From NCBI GenBank assembly GCA_001949185.1, contig BDGG01000007.1, positions 978,623 through 998,386 on the forward strand: a stretch of 19,764 nt of DNA, given 5' to 3'. Within the stretch, counting starts at the first letter, position 1, and the number at the start of each line of letters is the position of its first letter. This document shows, piece by piece, positions 1-10,712 of the stretch. Source of the DNA: Ramazzottius varieornatus (lineage: Eukaryota; Animalia; Tardigrada). Below the pieces are notes generated by a model. It worked only from the letters and a program-made list of their open reading frames with translations, was not told the origin of the DNA and searched no databases. The position numbers and the translations under genes are program-made.

Positions 1-1028
1 CTTTCACCATTANAAAATACGTGACACGTTACCTGGTAATGTTGGAAAACAGGTGAAAGTATCGGCCCAACTGGGAGATGGATTGTTGCTCTATCCGCCG
101 CCCATAATCCTTCTTCCCTTTTCATTCTTCATCAGTCAAACATTTACCGTATAGCATGCCTAAAAAAAAGAAAGAAGCTACGTCAAGAATCCACTAACAA
201 AGAATATGAGGAAAATCAACTACTTCTCTTCCACCATGTGAAAGGCACTAGATTTTCGAAAGCAGTTTAGTATAGCCGAGCTGTCAGCCTCTGACCATCC
301 CTTCATAGCTGGACTCGCTTACCACGAGGCCATTTCCGTGGTAAGTGAGTCCAGTTTTCTGGGTACGGGGAGTTTTCGGTTGCAAAGCTCCACCAGAAGT
401 GCCTTTCATTGTTCGATGGTTATCCGCAAGATATACTCCACTGCACCTCCGTCTGTTGAAAGAATCCTTCAGTCATTACCTCGCTGGGTACTCTATTTTT
501 CTTGGGCAGTGATTAATGGATAGATTATAGTGAATTATCTTCAGCCAGTCCAGCTAAACCGGGTGAGGTTTCACCAGCTGATGCTCCACCTGAAGATTTG
601 TTTTAGCGTGGGGGACATGTCATGGAATTTTCATGACCAGTACAAACGAATGGATCCTGAGTTTACAGAGTTTCAGCTGGTTTTTAGACAGCAGTGTGTG
701 TTTGCACATACTCTGTCATCATCTTCCATTTGACAAAGTGTATCTCTCGTTGTTTGAGCATGTCAAACGATGCTTCACTGTTGAGTACCACAGAAGAAAA
801 ACGCGGCTTTCTGTTACAGTCAGTTCCAGGTGTCCACAGTCGCCAATAGACGAATCGACGATCAGTTACTGCGGATTCCGCACATTCTTTCCTTGCGGAA
901 GCAGTTAACCAAAATGGTGCTTGTAGGAGACGAGCAGGATCTATGTTGAATTATTGTGCATTTCGACGACACTGACGAGTTTTGGAAAGCGACTTTTATC
1001 GACCTTTTCGAGAAGGCTTGGTTTTGAG

Positions 1029-2554
1029 ATGGACAATACTAGCGCACCAGATGCGGTAGAGATTGTTTCAAGAAATATGTCGCGGTACTTGTGGCTGTGT
1101 GGTTTGTACCATCCCTTTTCTCAGATCGACACGCACGAGCCGAAGACTTCAAAACCCGTGTCTAGCTTCAAAAGACGATTCGGATATACAGTGGCGGTCC
1201 TTACCAGTCTACTAGCTATTCTTGACCTGGCCGACTACATGACTTACTATTCGCGCGACCTTGCTACCTGGGACTTTTTCGTTTTGGTCAGATTTGTCAA
1301 GGTTGCTTCTACCACGGCGCAAATACCGCTCATCATGCTGATTCTTTTCCTCTCTCGCAGAAAGGTGTTCTATCTTGAAAGGATTACGCGCATCGGGGTT
1401 CCCATCATAACAGAGAACACGGTCGCGCGATTACAGAAACGCTTTTCGCGGTTTGCTGCTCTGTGGTTGGCATTCTGGTTTATCATATACTGTATCGGAG
1501 CGACAGGCCACTACTGGCCATCAATATCGAGTCTTCAGGCGTTGAACACTCCGGTGAAGTTTTTAGGCGGGACAGTGCGAAACTACTTTTCCATTTTATT
1601 CAGCGTAGTTTCTTACGGGATCTTCATCAACGCCAGTATCGCTTCTCAGATGTTCACTCTTTTACTGGTCATTCATCTGGCGGCTGGATTCGAGAATATC
1701 TACAAAAACATCAACAGCAAGATTACCCTGGTGCTAAAAGGTGAATACAAAGCCGCGTCGGCAGCCACAGTTTTGGAAGTAGAACTGAGAAGTCTCCAAC
1801 TGCTACAGAATCTGGTGCGCAACTTCAATGACGCCTTTGGGTTTATGATACTTGTCCACTGCATACGCGACATGATATCCGTGGTGGGAATAATTGCTTT
1901 ATTCTTGCAAGTTTTCGAGAAGCAAGATATTGACGAGAGTGACGCCGACTACGCACAACGACTGGATGTCCGAACGCGCCAGACCTATTGGGACTGGAGC
2001 ATTACCAGCATCACCTTGGCGAACACAGCATTGCGTGTTGGTGCTTGTTTGTACTGTCACTCTAAAGTAACTATGCAGATGCCGTCCGCCGTAAATGCTA
2101 TGGTATTCTCGATACGTCATGACAGCACTCCTATTGACACATTTTACAGGTGAGAAAGATCGTGCGGTCCTTGCAACGGCATCGAGTAGAATCTCAATGT
2201 ACACAACTGCAAGAGGAATGTGAAACAGCTCTGTCGGACATTAACGAAGAAACTGGTGCTATTTCGGCTGGTGGATTCTTTTACGTCAACCTGGACTACG
2301 TCGGTGCTGTAAGCAGCAATCCGACATGTGTGTCTCATGTATACATGGCAAAACTACGAGGTTTTGTGTGGTTGGTGTAGGTAATGGGGATGTGCGTGAC
2401 TTATGGGATCTTGGTCTACCAGATGAGGGACCAAAAGGTTGCAGCAGCCGACAATGTTAAGCTGTCGCACTTGCAACGGCAGACCGCCCTTCTTCAGACA
2501 TTCGTACAAAACCAGTCCCAGCTTCTGCTTTCTCTTATCCGAAACAACACGTAG
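1029..2554 (+). CDS. Gustatory receptor family (7tm_7-like) chemoreceptor, join(1029..2066,2150..2308,2381..2554), 456 aa
   Basis: Multiple hydrophobic segments in ORF 954..2153. Two phase-0 introns (GTAACT 2067..2149 CAG; GTAAGC 2309..2380 TAG) join to give ...ISAGGFFYVNLDYVGA|VMGMCVTYGILVYQM..., which matches the GR C-terminal 'xAxGFFxxN' and TM7 'TYhhhhhQ' signatures. Stop TAG at 2552-2554. First in-frame ATG is at 1029. Confidence 0.88.
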
Positions 2555-2724
2555 AAAATACACTTCTTCCATCACGCCACGAATGGCACAATCGGCTACA
2601 GATACAGATTTCGTTATCGGTGATCATGGAGAAAGATAAAACTGTAATTCGTATCAAAAGCCATCAAGCTACGAATTTCAACACCTAGTCATCTTCTTGT
2701 GTATCCCTCTGTATTAATATTACC

Positions 2725-2811
2725 TGTTCCATCACAAAGGGACAAGTCATATTTCCGCGCCTGTATTCATACCAGGCGCGAAAGTATGACTTGTCCTTTT
2801 TCGACGGAACA
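2725..2811. repeat. 87-nt near-perfect hairpin (pri-miRNA-like or small foldback)
   Basis: Inner 28-bp stem 2736-2763/2773-2800 with 25/28 Watson-Crick pairs around a 9-nt loop (TATTCATAC). Outer 9-bp stem 2725-2733/2803-2811 (8/9) beyond a 2x2 internal loop. Confidence 0.75.
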
Positions 2812-2818
2812 CATTTTA

Positions 2819-3420
2819 CAGCCCGATTCAGTAAAGTTGATCCTGTCGTTCACACTCAACCCCTTAAAAAATTCAAGGCTTTCGTATTCATCTTATCTCA
2901 CTTGGTTTCTCGTTTCCCAACTGATTCTGCATGTAACAAACACGCTTTCGATATGTTTCAGTGCAAAGCCGTCTGCCACACTCATTTTGAAACTCGGTGC
3001 CAAAGAACTTTTCGAAATTCTGTTCGTGATTTCGTTCAGAATTTTCCAGCTCCAAGCCTCTAGCAGGAAAGAAGCTTCCGAAGCATGATCCTTACAGCAG
3101 GTCTATTGGATCTCAGTTTCGCATCAGTCTTTTGGGAAACGAAGCTAAGCCTTGAAGGACCTTGATTTTTCTTCAGGGAAAAAACCTTTGCCCCGGTCAT
3201 TTGGCGCGCATATTTTCACAAGTTTTAGTAAGGTGCGCGTCATACTTAAACTCACATTTTTTGAACCGTTTGTTGTGGACGGCTTTTTTGTGCTCATATC
3301 ATTAGTTTTAGCGACGAAGGTTGCTCATTAGTTTTAGCGACGTTTTGGTGCACAAGCGAGGTACGCGAGGAAGAAGTGATTTTTTCCAGCAAACAGTGTC
3401 AACTTTGCTGAATCGGGCTG
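2819..3420. mobile_element. Non-autonomous TIR element (Tc1/mariner-type MITE-like), 602 bp
   Basis: Left TIR CAGCCCGATTCAGTAAAGTTGA (2819-2840) matches the reverse complement of 3399-3420 at 21/22, extending to 25/28. Preceded by TA (2817-2818) and followed by CA (3421-3422). No recognisable transposase inside. Confidence 0.7.
3299..3342 (+). repeat. 18-bp direct repeat (TCATTAGTTTTAGCGACG x2)
   Basis: Identical copies at 3299-3316 and 3325-3342, inside the 602-bp TIR element. Confidence 0.85.
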
Positions 3421-4670
3421 CAAATTATTGCGAGTTTGTTTCTGGTCTTCGCTCTCCTTCTTCGTGTAATATGTTGCCCGACAATGCTTCTCTTTCCACG
3501 GCAGCAAGAATTGAGTCTGTGCGTTGACCAGGGAAGGAGAAAGTTGGGCTTAAAGTGAGAGGGGGAAGTTATTTTCGCTGTTCTGTCAAATTTTTTAGTT
3601 TTTTCTCCTGGCACTAGACTCATCAGCTTCGAAGCGGATCTTGTCATGCTGTAAGCCAGAGTTGAGTCTTTATTATGCCCGTCAGAGGTTGCAGCTGGTG
3701 GAATTTGAGAACCAAGAATTTCCGTTTTTCCGGGTGTAGAACGGTCTATTAAGTGTGCCACTTTGGTGAGGTATTAACAGTCAGAACTAAATCGATTCCG
3801 TCCCTTCCTGAAAACCTTTGGTAGGATGTTCAGCAGATGCACCAGGCTGTGCTCTATTCCATAGTTGGTCCAAAATTATAAGATCTAAGTTGAAAAAATT
3901 AGTAGCAACAATCCACGACATAGAAATAGGAAAACAACTACAAAAACATTTCCTATTTCTCCAAGCATGGTCAGGAGAGCGCCAAACTTTCACGGAATAT
4001 GACTTGTAGACGAATGATTCTGATCCAGTCGAAGTACCTCTCCTGACTCGATTATTCCGTTTCGATATTTGTGAATTACTTTGTTATGCGCAAGCTGATT
4101 GCAATTACCCCACCTTCGAACCAGCACGGCCTTCTACATACGAGACTTTTTCGCACGCTTTTTGAAAGATTTAATTCCCATGAAATACGACAAAGGTGTG
4201 AGCGTGCAGGTACAGTGCCACCTCTGCAAGAATCTACCTGTTAACGAACAGAATATTGCGGTACTGCGGAATCAGGGGACAAAGTCCGTTCAAACAGGAC
4301 AAAGTATACATTACAATCGTCCGTGGGCCGCGCTTCAATATTGCTGTTCCCCATGTAAATACTTCGCACTATCAAACAACCGTAAAGATAACGCAAACAC
4401 ACAAAATCCCGCACCGTTTCAGCCACCAGACGCAGACACTCGTCGAACACAGGTAGCTCTGAAATCAATCAACGTGCAAAACCGAATACGACAATCGGAT
4501 ACACTAGTGGTGTCGACGCCTTCAGGCATCAGCTAAACTTCTGTAGAGCAGCAAACAAACATCAAGGTATCAACTTTTATAACGGCGTCGTTACTACGTC
4601 TCCCCTTTAGCACTTGCTAGACTTCAACCGTAGCCTATTCTGGGTTCATGCTCTGAATCCAACAACCAGA

Positions 4671-7600
4671 ATGGATACTCAGTATACCGAGAAACACCAT
4701 CGTCGCCGTCTGACTTCGGCGGATTTTACCCATGATCCTGACGCAAACCATATCATGTTGGATGGCGACGCAACAACCCAAGCCTCCTCCCCCAAGCGTT
4801 CCTTCAGTCCATCCAGACGGAAATGTAAGATAGCTCTGATCGTCGGACTATGTGTTCTCGTAACAGTCATCCTTGGCGTCGCCTCCTTCGTAGCATGGTA
4901 CTTTACGAGGGAAGGCAACAATAAGGTGTTGCACGTTGTCGGTCAGATCACGCTGGACATTCATTCTCTGCAAGCTACGCTTTATTCGATGGAAAAGAAA
5001 CAGCAGGAAGTTTCATTGGGTCAAGTCAGTGGTGGTAAGCTGAAGTTCCAACGCTACTGCACGCTAGACGTGGCTCGGTCGGCATCAAAAGACCTACAGC
5101 AGCAATACCTGTGTTTGCTTTTCTCGTCCGCAAAAGCTGCTACACCTGATTACCGTCTGTTGATTCAACCGGCTGATACTCAACAAAGTGGGGACTTTTC
5201 ATGTCAAGAAGTGCGGTGGGATTATCCAAAGAGCCATGCGCTGAAGGATTGCTTCTCCTTGAACAACACGCACATCTACGGAGGTACGAACACCCAACGC
5301 TGTAGGACTCAAGCGTAGGAAAAAGCGTAGGAAAAAGCGTAGGAAAAAGCGTAGGAAAACGTACATTCTCGGTAGTTTCCATTGATGTGCTGTTCAAAAC
5401 AACTAATTCCGTGAATTCAGAGTTATCGCAATACTTTGAAATGATTCAGCTTTTTAGATGCGAGAAATCGACAACATAGCATTGCTGTGTTTTAGGCGGG
5501 CAAAGAAGGAATCAAAGATGGCCAAGTAACTTACAGCCTATCAACGTTCCGGACGTTACCACATTCCCTTCCTCCTCGGAGCTCTACGCCAACGTCGTTG
5601 TCCCATATTGGCTATTCACATCCGGGTTATCCATCATGGCTGACCAACGGTATGGCGTTGCCGTCGAAATCGATTCGCCGTCATCCGAGAACCGGTTCTG
5701 CATCGGTAGGCACGCCGAACCATTTATTTTATCCTCTCTTCCAGACACCGATACCAAAACGACCGTCTATACCATCTGCTCTGGAAGAAATCTCACGGAT
5801 ATCCACCTGCGTTCTCTAGACAAATACCGCTCAAGAAAACCCGAGCCAAGTTTTGATTTCGAGATGATTCAAAGGCCTCTCTGGAGCACGATGTCGTACG
5901 GAGTCGACGAAGAACATAACCTTGACCAAGACGCCGTCATCGCCTTAGCAGATATGATAGCTCTGCAAGAGTTACCTGTATCCCGTATCGTTATCGATCC
6001 GCGATGGGAAGACAAATACCTCGGGGATGGTTTCAACGCGGAGTTCTTCCCGCAACCGAAAAAATTGCTGTCTGAATTACAACTGCGAAACGTAACAGCG
6101 ATCTTTACTTTTCATCCGTTTCTGTCTTTTTCGAATAAAGAATACTTGGCTTTATCCAAGGACCCAACAACCAGGAAATACTTTGCAAAGGAAGGAGGTC
6201 GACTGGGCTCGCCCCTAACCGCCGACTGGTGGATGGGCCGAGCAGCTATGCTGGACTTTACTGAACCTGACGCAGTCCGCTGGAAAGCAGAAAAGGTGCA
6301 AACCTTCTTTCGAGACTACGACGCGGATACTTGTCGCTTCCTCGGTGGAAGTGCGGGATGGATACCGGAACCGGATGACGGAAGAACTGGAGCGTACTGG
6401 AGGAATTTTCATTTGAAGTATTCAGATGGTGCTCGGAGGGTCTGTGGTGAAAACGTCCTGGTCGAAACATCGGGTGTGTTTGATGGGAGCGTGGTAAGGA
6501 TGATGGACGCTAGAGCGAGGACTCTCGAACCTGTTGATCGGACGTTGAGCGATGGGCTGAGGTCCTTGATACCTTCCGTTCTGACCATCAGCTTATTGGG
6601 ACACCCCCTTTTCATTGCGCCCTCTGTCGGCGGTAACCCCTTTATCAACCAGTCTGGCCAGATCGACCTGGAGACGGCAGGTAGGAAGACGGTATCACGA
6701 ATAATGCGGTGCACGCACGACAGGGAAGTTTGAAACAGGCGGACAAGACGGCAAACTGAAAATTCAACCGTAGAAATTATCAAAAAGTGCATTGGTGTGA
6801 ATTGCACATGTACGTAGGAACTCCCGTTCCGCTGCTTCGGAATCGCCTGTTTCGGACTTCTTACTGTTCCAAACTTTCCCTTCGTGTGTGTATCATCGAA
6901 AGTGCTCTTAAAGGGGTTATCAGACTTAGAGCTGCTGCATCTTGTATGAAACTATTCCCAATCTCTATTTATACGATCGTGCTCAGTTAGCGACTTTTCA
7001 GTAAATCATATGCCGAAGGTCACCCAAGCGTTATGAAGCTCGGAAAAACCAAATCTGGTTCGCGCAGGCGCGTTAAGCCCGCCATGAACGCATTAACGCA
7101 ACACATGTTGACTGGTCGAGCCTGATCCCCATTATCGGTACACGTACGACGAGAAAGTTTGGAGCAGTAAAAGGTTTGGAACAGGCGGAAAAGACGGCAA
7201 ACTGACAGCACAACCGTAGAAAATAGTCAGAAAGTGCATTAGTGAGAATGGCACACGTACGTAAAAAATTCCGTCCCGCTGTTTCAGAATCGCCTGTTCC
7301 AAACTTCTTACTGCTCAAAACTTTCTCGTCGTGCGTGTATTCCTCCCGCAGTGGGTTTAACCGTTGAAATACCAAAAAGGCGCGGTGCAGCCGGTCTGAC
7401 CGTACGACCGCGCGGGCCGCTGCAGCTGAAAGATTAAGACACGTAATTTGAGGAGAAGGATACCAGTGAGCCACTGGAGCACCGACTACGTCGCCTTCTG
7501 ATATTTTCACCCGGCATTGATCGAAGCTTTTGACTTCGGAAAATTTTTGAGCGTGATATCAAGCCTGTCAGGCATGGTCAGCTCGATGCTGACGTCGTCT

Positions 7601-8209
7601 GACGTATATCCCAAACTAGCACCAGGTTGAACCAGACACCAAAACCCGAACGGAGGCCGACAGAGTCTCACTTGACCATTCACGTACGAGCAGGTTCAGC
7701 CACATTGTCGTACAGCCCGTTAAAGTTTGACGCCCGCCTTTTTATTTCTAGAGTTACGATATCCATCAGCGAAGATGTTCTTACGATGGCTCGGAGTAGT
7801 CCTCTTCATGCCGGTCATCGAGTTCACCGTGCCTCCATGGGTTTTTCCCGAGACCGAACAACAGGACATCGTGGAAGCCGCGAGAAATCTCCTCTCCTTA
7901 CGCCAGAACCATACGGAATACATAGTCCGAAGTGCGAAAGAATGTCTGAAATCCAGCCTGCCGCTGATCCGTCCAATGTGGTGGAAGCACCCAACTGACC
8001 ACGTTACTTGGACCATCGACGACCAGTACTTCGTGGGCAATAAATTGCTGGTGGCCCCCATCGTTTCGTCCGAAAGTGACAGCAGAAAGATTTACTTGCC
8101 AGATGGAAAATGGGCGGGAAGCGATGGAGAAATCGAAAAAGGACCGAGATGGCTCAGCGTCACTGTGTCCTTGCAAGAAATCCCGATCTTCTGGGAAGTT
8201 ATGCCGTAA
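4671..8209 (+). CDS. MYORG: MYORG (KIAA1161)-like glycoside hydrolase family 31 type II membrane protein, join(4671..5283,5496..6680,7752..8209), 751 aa; probably catalytically impaired
   Basis: N-terminal TM anchor (IALIVGLCVLVTVILGVASFVAWYF), then MYORG-type motifs HIYGG, RPLWST, FHPF, WWMGRAAMLDFT, GLRSLIPSVLTISLLG, VGGN, FLRWL..FMPVIEFTVPPW, PLIRPMWW, DQYFVGNKLLVAPIV, IYLPDGKW. Two phase-1 introns (5284..5495 and 6681..7751) have GT/AG ends and join in frame. Symbol denotes homology, not proven orthology. Confidence 0.9.
5311..5359 (+). repeat. 12-bp tandem repeat (GCGTAGGAAAAA) x4 in intron 1 of the GH31 gene
   Basis: Read directly: aagcgtaggaaaaagcgtaggaaaaagcgtaggaaaaagcgtaggaaaa. Confidence 0.92.
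6712..6890. mobile_element. MITE, copy 1 (179 bp, degenerate) in GH31 intron 2
   Basis: Colinear similarity to 7141-7337 along its length. Ends CACGCACGA...TCGTGTGTG, flanked by TG/TA. The left TIR lacks one ~18-bp subrepeat present in copy 2. Confidence 0.78.
7141..7337. mobile_element. MITE, copy 2 (197 bp) with 47-bp TIRs and TA TSD in GH31 intron 2
   Basis: CACGTACGACGAGAAAGTTTGGAGCAGTAAAAGGTTTGGAACAGGCG matches the reverse complement of the right end with 4 mismatches. TA at 7139-7140 and 7338-7339. Confidence 0.85.
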
Positions 8210-8655
8210 ATGACTCGAAACTTTCCGAGATACGTGCTGTATCTAACTTCGTTTTGTAAATCAAATCACCGTAAAACGAGATAATGGTGGCGTCAGATCA
8301 TGAAGCTACGGTATTCATCTGTTGTAGTCTGGAGAGAAATATCTGCCTGCATTCGGGGCTGACCAGGAAGTAAATAATCTGAACAACAACACCAAATTTG
8401 ATGCAAGTGCTGGAAATTCTTGTGGCTCCGACTTACTGGGTTGACAGCCTAAAGTGCAAAGATGTTGAGGTACATACAACCGTTTAACCACGAATTCTTC
8501 TTCGTCTCCTCATTGTCAGCAAAAACTAATAATGTCAGCAGCGTCGAAAACGCACAGATGGTACGCAACATCGGCAAGGCAACCATAGCTTTACCCGATT
8601 GCCAATCAACCCATCGGCAATCAAGCAAGTCTTGCACAGATTGACCGCTGTGCTA

Positions 8656-10081
8656 CAGTCACGGTCATGGGTCATGGGCACCCTCGTAAACTTTCCCTAT
8701 TTCTGGTAAAGCTCGTCAACGGTCACTCCGATTCGTTTCCAATTTTATGTACATCTGGTTCGAAGCTTTACCCATCTACTAATGATAATTCACATCAGAA
8801 AGCATAACTTAAAAAAGCGAGGAAAATATTTTTCCCAATTGTGCCCAAAATTCACCAGCTACAAAATATCGCACCACCTTCAGACGAAAATTTTTTTCTC
8901 ACGTTTTTCTCGTTACGCGCTGGCTTCTTAGTATTTCGTTGGGTAGCCACAGTTCTTCTTTACCTTTCGAAGCCGGTTCGGAATGGAACGAACTAACTTT
9001 GCGCATATTTCGGGGTCCATTCCGTACCAGGTTTCCTTGACGGTTTCCTCCAGTTCTTCCAGGTTCGAAGGATGCCTTCCTTTCAGCTGGCGTTCGACTT
9101 CCGACCATAAGTGCTCTATTGGGTTAAGGCCTGGTGAGTAGGGTGCCCACTGCAAGACTTTGATCTTCTTTTCGATGATCCAGGCCCGAGAAACGATTGA
9201 ATTATGCTTCGGATCGTTGTCGTGCTGGTAGTGCCACCCCTTCTTCAACTTCAATTTCTTCACCGACTGAAGCACGTTCTAGTCCATAATGTTTCGATAC
9301 ATGAGGCCATCCATATTTCCTTTTATCACGACGAGGTTTTTACGGTTTTTTACGGGTCACCCTTCCAAACATACCTTGCTCGTTGATCTGGCGTTTGACT
9401 GTGGACTCCGAAATGTCAACGGAATGTTCGGTCTTGATTTGGGCTTGGATTTTAACAGCAGAAATACGCCGATCTTTCTTTGCCTTGCGCACGATAATCC
9501 GATCAATAAGGGTAGTGGTCTTCCGAGTTGGTCCTGGTCGTCGCTTCACTTCCGCTGATCCCGTCATCTCGAACTTCTTGATCATATTCTGGACTGTAGT
9601 CCGTGGAAGACATACCCGGCGAGCTATTTCACTCGCTCCGACGCGATTTGAATGATGTTTGATGACAAGTTCTCGAATTTGAAGGGAGTGCTCAGATCTG
9701 GAGGAAGACATTTTCGAAACGTTCTTTCCTAAGGTTTAGAACAGAAGAATTTGTTGGTTCAAACACGCCAGAACACGTAACAAAACCTGTGGTTTATGTG
9801 GAAAACAATTTACATTGAACAGTCTTGCGGACACCAAGTTATTAATTTTTGAATCCAGGATTACCGTATCGGTGGACATTGAGAATTCCGGTGTCTTTTG
9901 GGTCGCCGAAATACAATGTTTGTTTTACTTTGAGATTTACTTTCATTGTCTTTGCGGTTTGAAGAGTAGTGTTTTGCCGGTTAGGAGAAGAAACAATAAT
10001 GTGATTCCGTCCAGAGGATCGCGGTGTATACCGAAAAAAGTGAAAGTTTGCAAGGGTGCCCATGACCCATGACCGTGACTG
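8656..10081 (-). mobile_element. Tc1-family DNA transposon (1426 bp), internally deleted, non-autonomous
   Basis: 40-bp TIRs CAGTCACGGTCATGGGTCATGGGCACCCT(C/T)G(T/C)AAACTTTC, first 29 bp perfect. TA TSD at 8654-8655 and 10082-10083. Transposase remnants inside. Confidence 0.95.
8928..9711 (-). pseudogene. Tc1-like DD34E transposase pseudogene
   Basis: N-terminal paired-HTH region ending in RKKP* (9711..9340), then directly NLVVIKGNMDG..Y..IMD*..QHDNDPKH..SPGLNPIEHLW..GYPTKY. There are 34 residues between the D of QHDN and the E of NPIE. The segment carrying the first catalytic Asp (WSDE-type motif) is missing, there is an in-frame TAG, and SPDLNPIE has become SPGLNPIE. Confidence 0.92.
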
Positions 10082-10630
10082 TATAACACCTCTAAAAATG
10101 TTGTATAACATACAGCCAATCATGCTCAGCTGTATCACACCTTTACATCTGTGCATGATTTGCTGATTGGCTCGACTTTTCCGACAGTCTTCAGATAACT
10201 CCTGCATTTGATTTTCTCGCTAAGTCATCGCGGGAATTTCGTTCCGGACTGCCTCTGCCTATGTCTGGAGTAATCTTTCCGTTCCACGACTCCTATCTCA
10301 CGAACCTTCCTTTGTGCTGACTGTGGGAAGAAGGCTGGAAGGTTTTGAATTCGAATACATACGATCAGCTGATCCATAAGTCGATAGGAATTGTTACCCA
10401 CAACTGCCCCGTTGCAACGCTTTCTCTAACTGCCATCGTTTACGTACCGGAAAGTGTCCTGCGTTTCTTTGAATCACGTTTGTGTTTTCACCTTTTGCGT
10501 TTTGTTCTAGGGGATGGATGGTGCAGGGGCAGTTCGGTACGCATAGTCTCAACCGAGATTACGTGACCACAATCAAACTAATCAATCGAAGAAATAGCAT
10601 TGCGGGTATCATTGCTTGTGAATAAATAAA

Positions 10631-10712
10631 CCGCGGTTTGGTGTGGTGTACAGCGCGATGTACTGCGGTGATGGACGGTACCGGTTCGATCCTGTTAAAG
10701 GAAGATTTTTAT
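10631..10712 (+). other. Degenerate tRNA-like sequence (possible tRNA pseudogene or SINE head)
   Basis: A-box-like TGGTGTGGTG near 10639, B-box GGTTCGATCC at 10683-10692 at tRNA-like spacing, followed by a T-run. A full cloverleaf could not be folded. Confidence 0.3.

Noticed and set aside
1-950. Minus-strand exon-like segments with splice-like signals (e.g. TTTTTAG|GCATG near 160, GTAACG near 32, GTAAGC near 322)
   Set aside because: The candidate frames contain stops, phases did not join, and I recognised no protein family. At most a decayed fragment.
954-1028. N-terminal extension of the receptor ORF from a non-ATG start
   Set aside because: Eukaryotic gene; the first in-frame ATG is at 1029.
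2067-2153. C-terminal part of the 399-aa ORF
   Set aside because: Intron read-through. Splicing restores the GR C-terminal motifs.
4099-4536. 145-aa ORF upstream of the GH31 gene
   Set aside because: Non-ATG start and no recognisable motif. Probably promoter/5'UTR sequence.
5311-5359. Tandem repeat as CRISPR array or telomeric repeat
   Set aside because: No spacers, only four 12-bp units, intronic, eukaryotic context.
7073-7510. 145-aa minus-strand ORF nested in GH31 intron 2
   Set aside because: It runs through a MITE and has no protein-like motif; a chance ORF.
8290-8640. Signal-peptide-like MLRTICAFSTLLTLLVFA on the minus strand
   Set aside because: The only following intron candidate is about 29-32 nt, shorter than any supported intron here, and no coherent gene model results.
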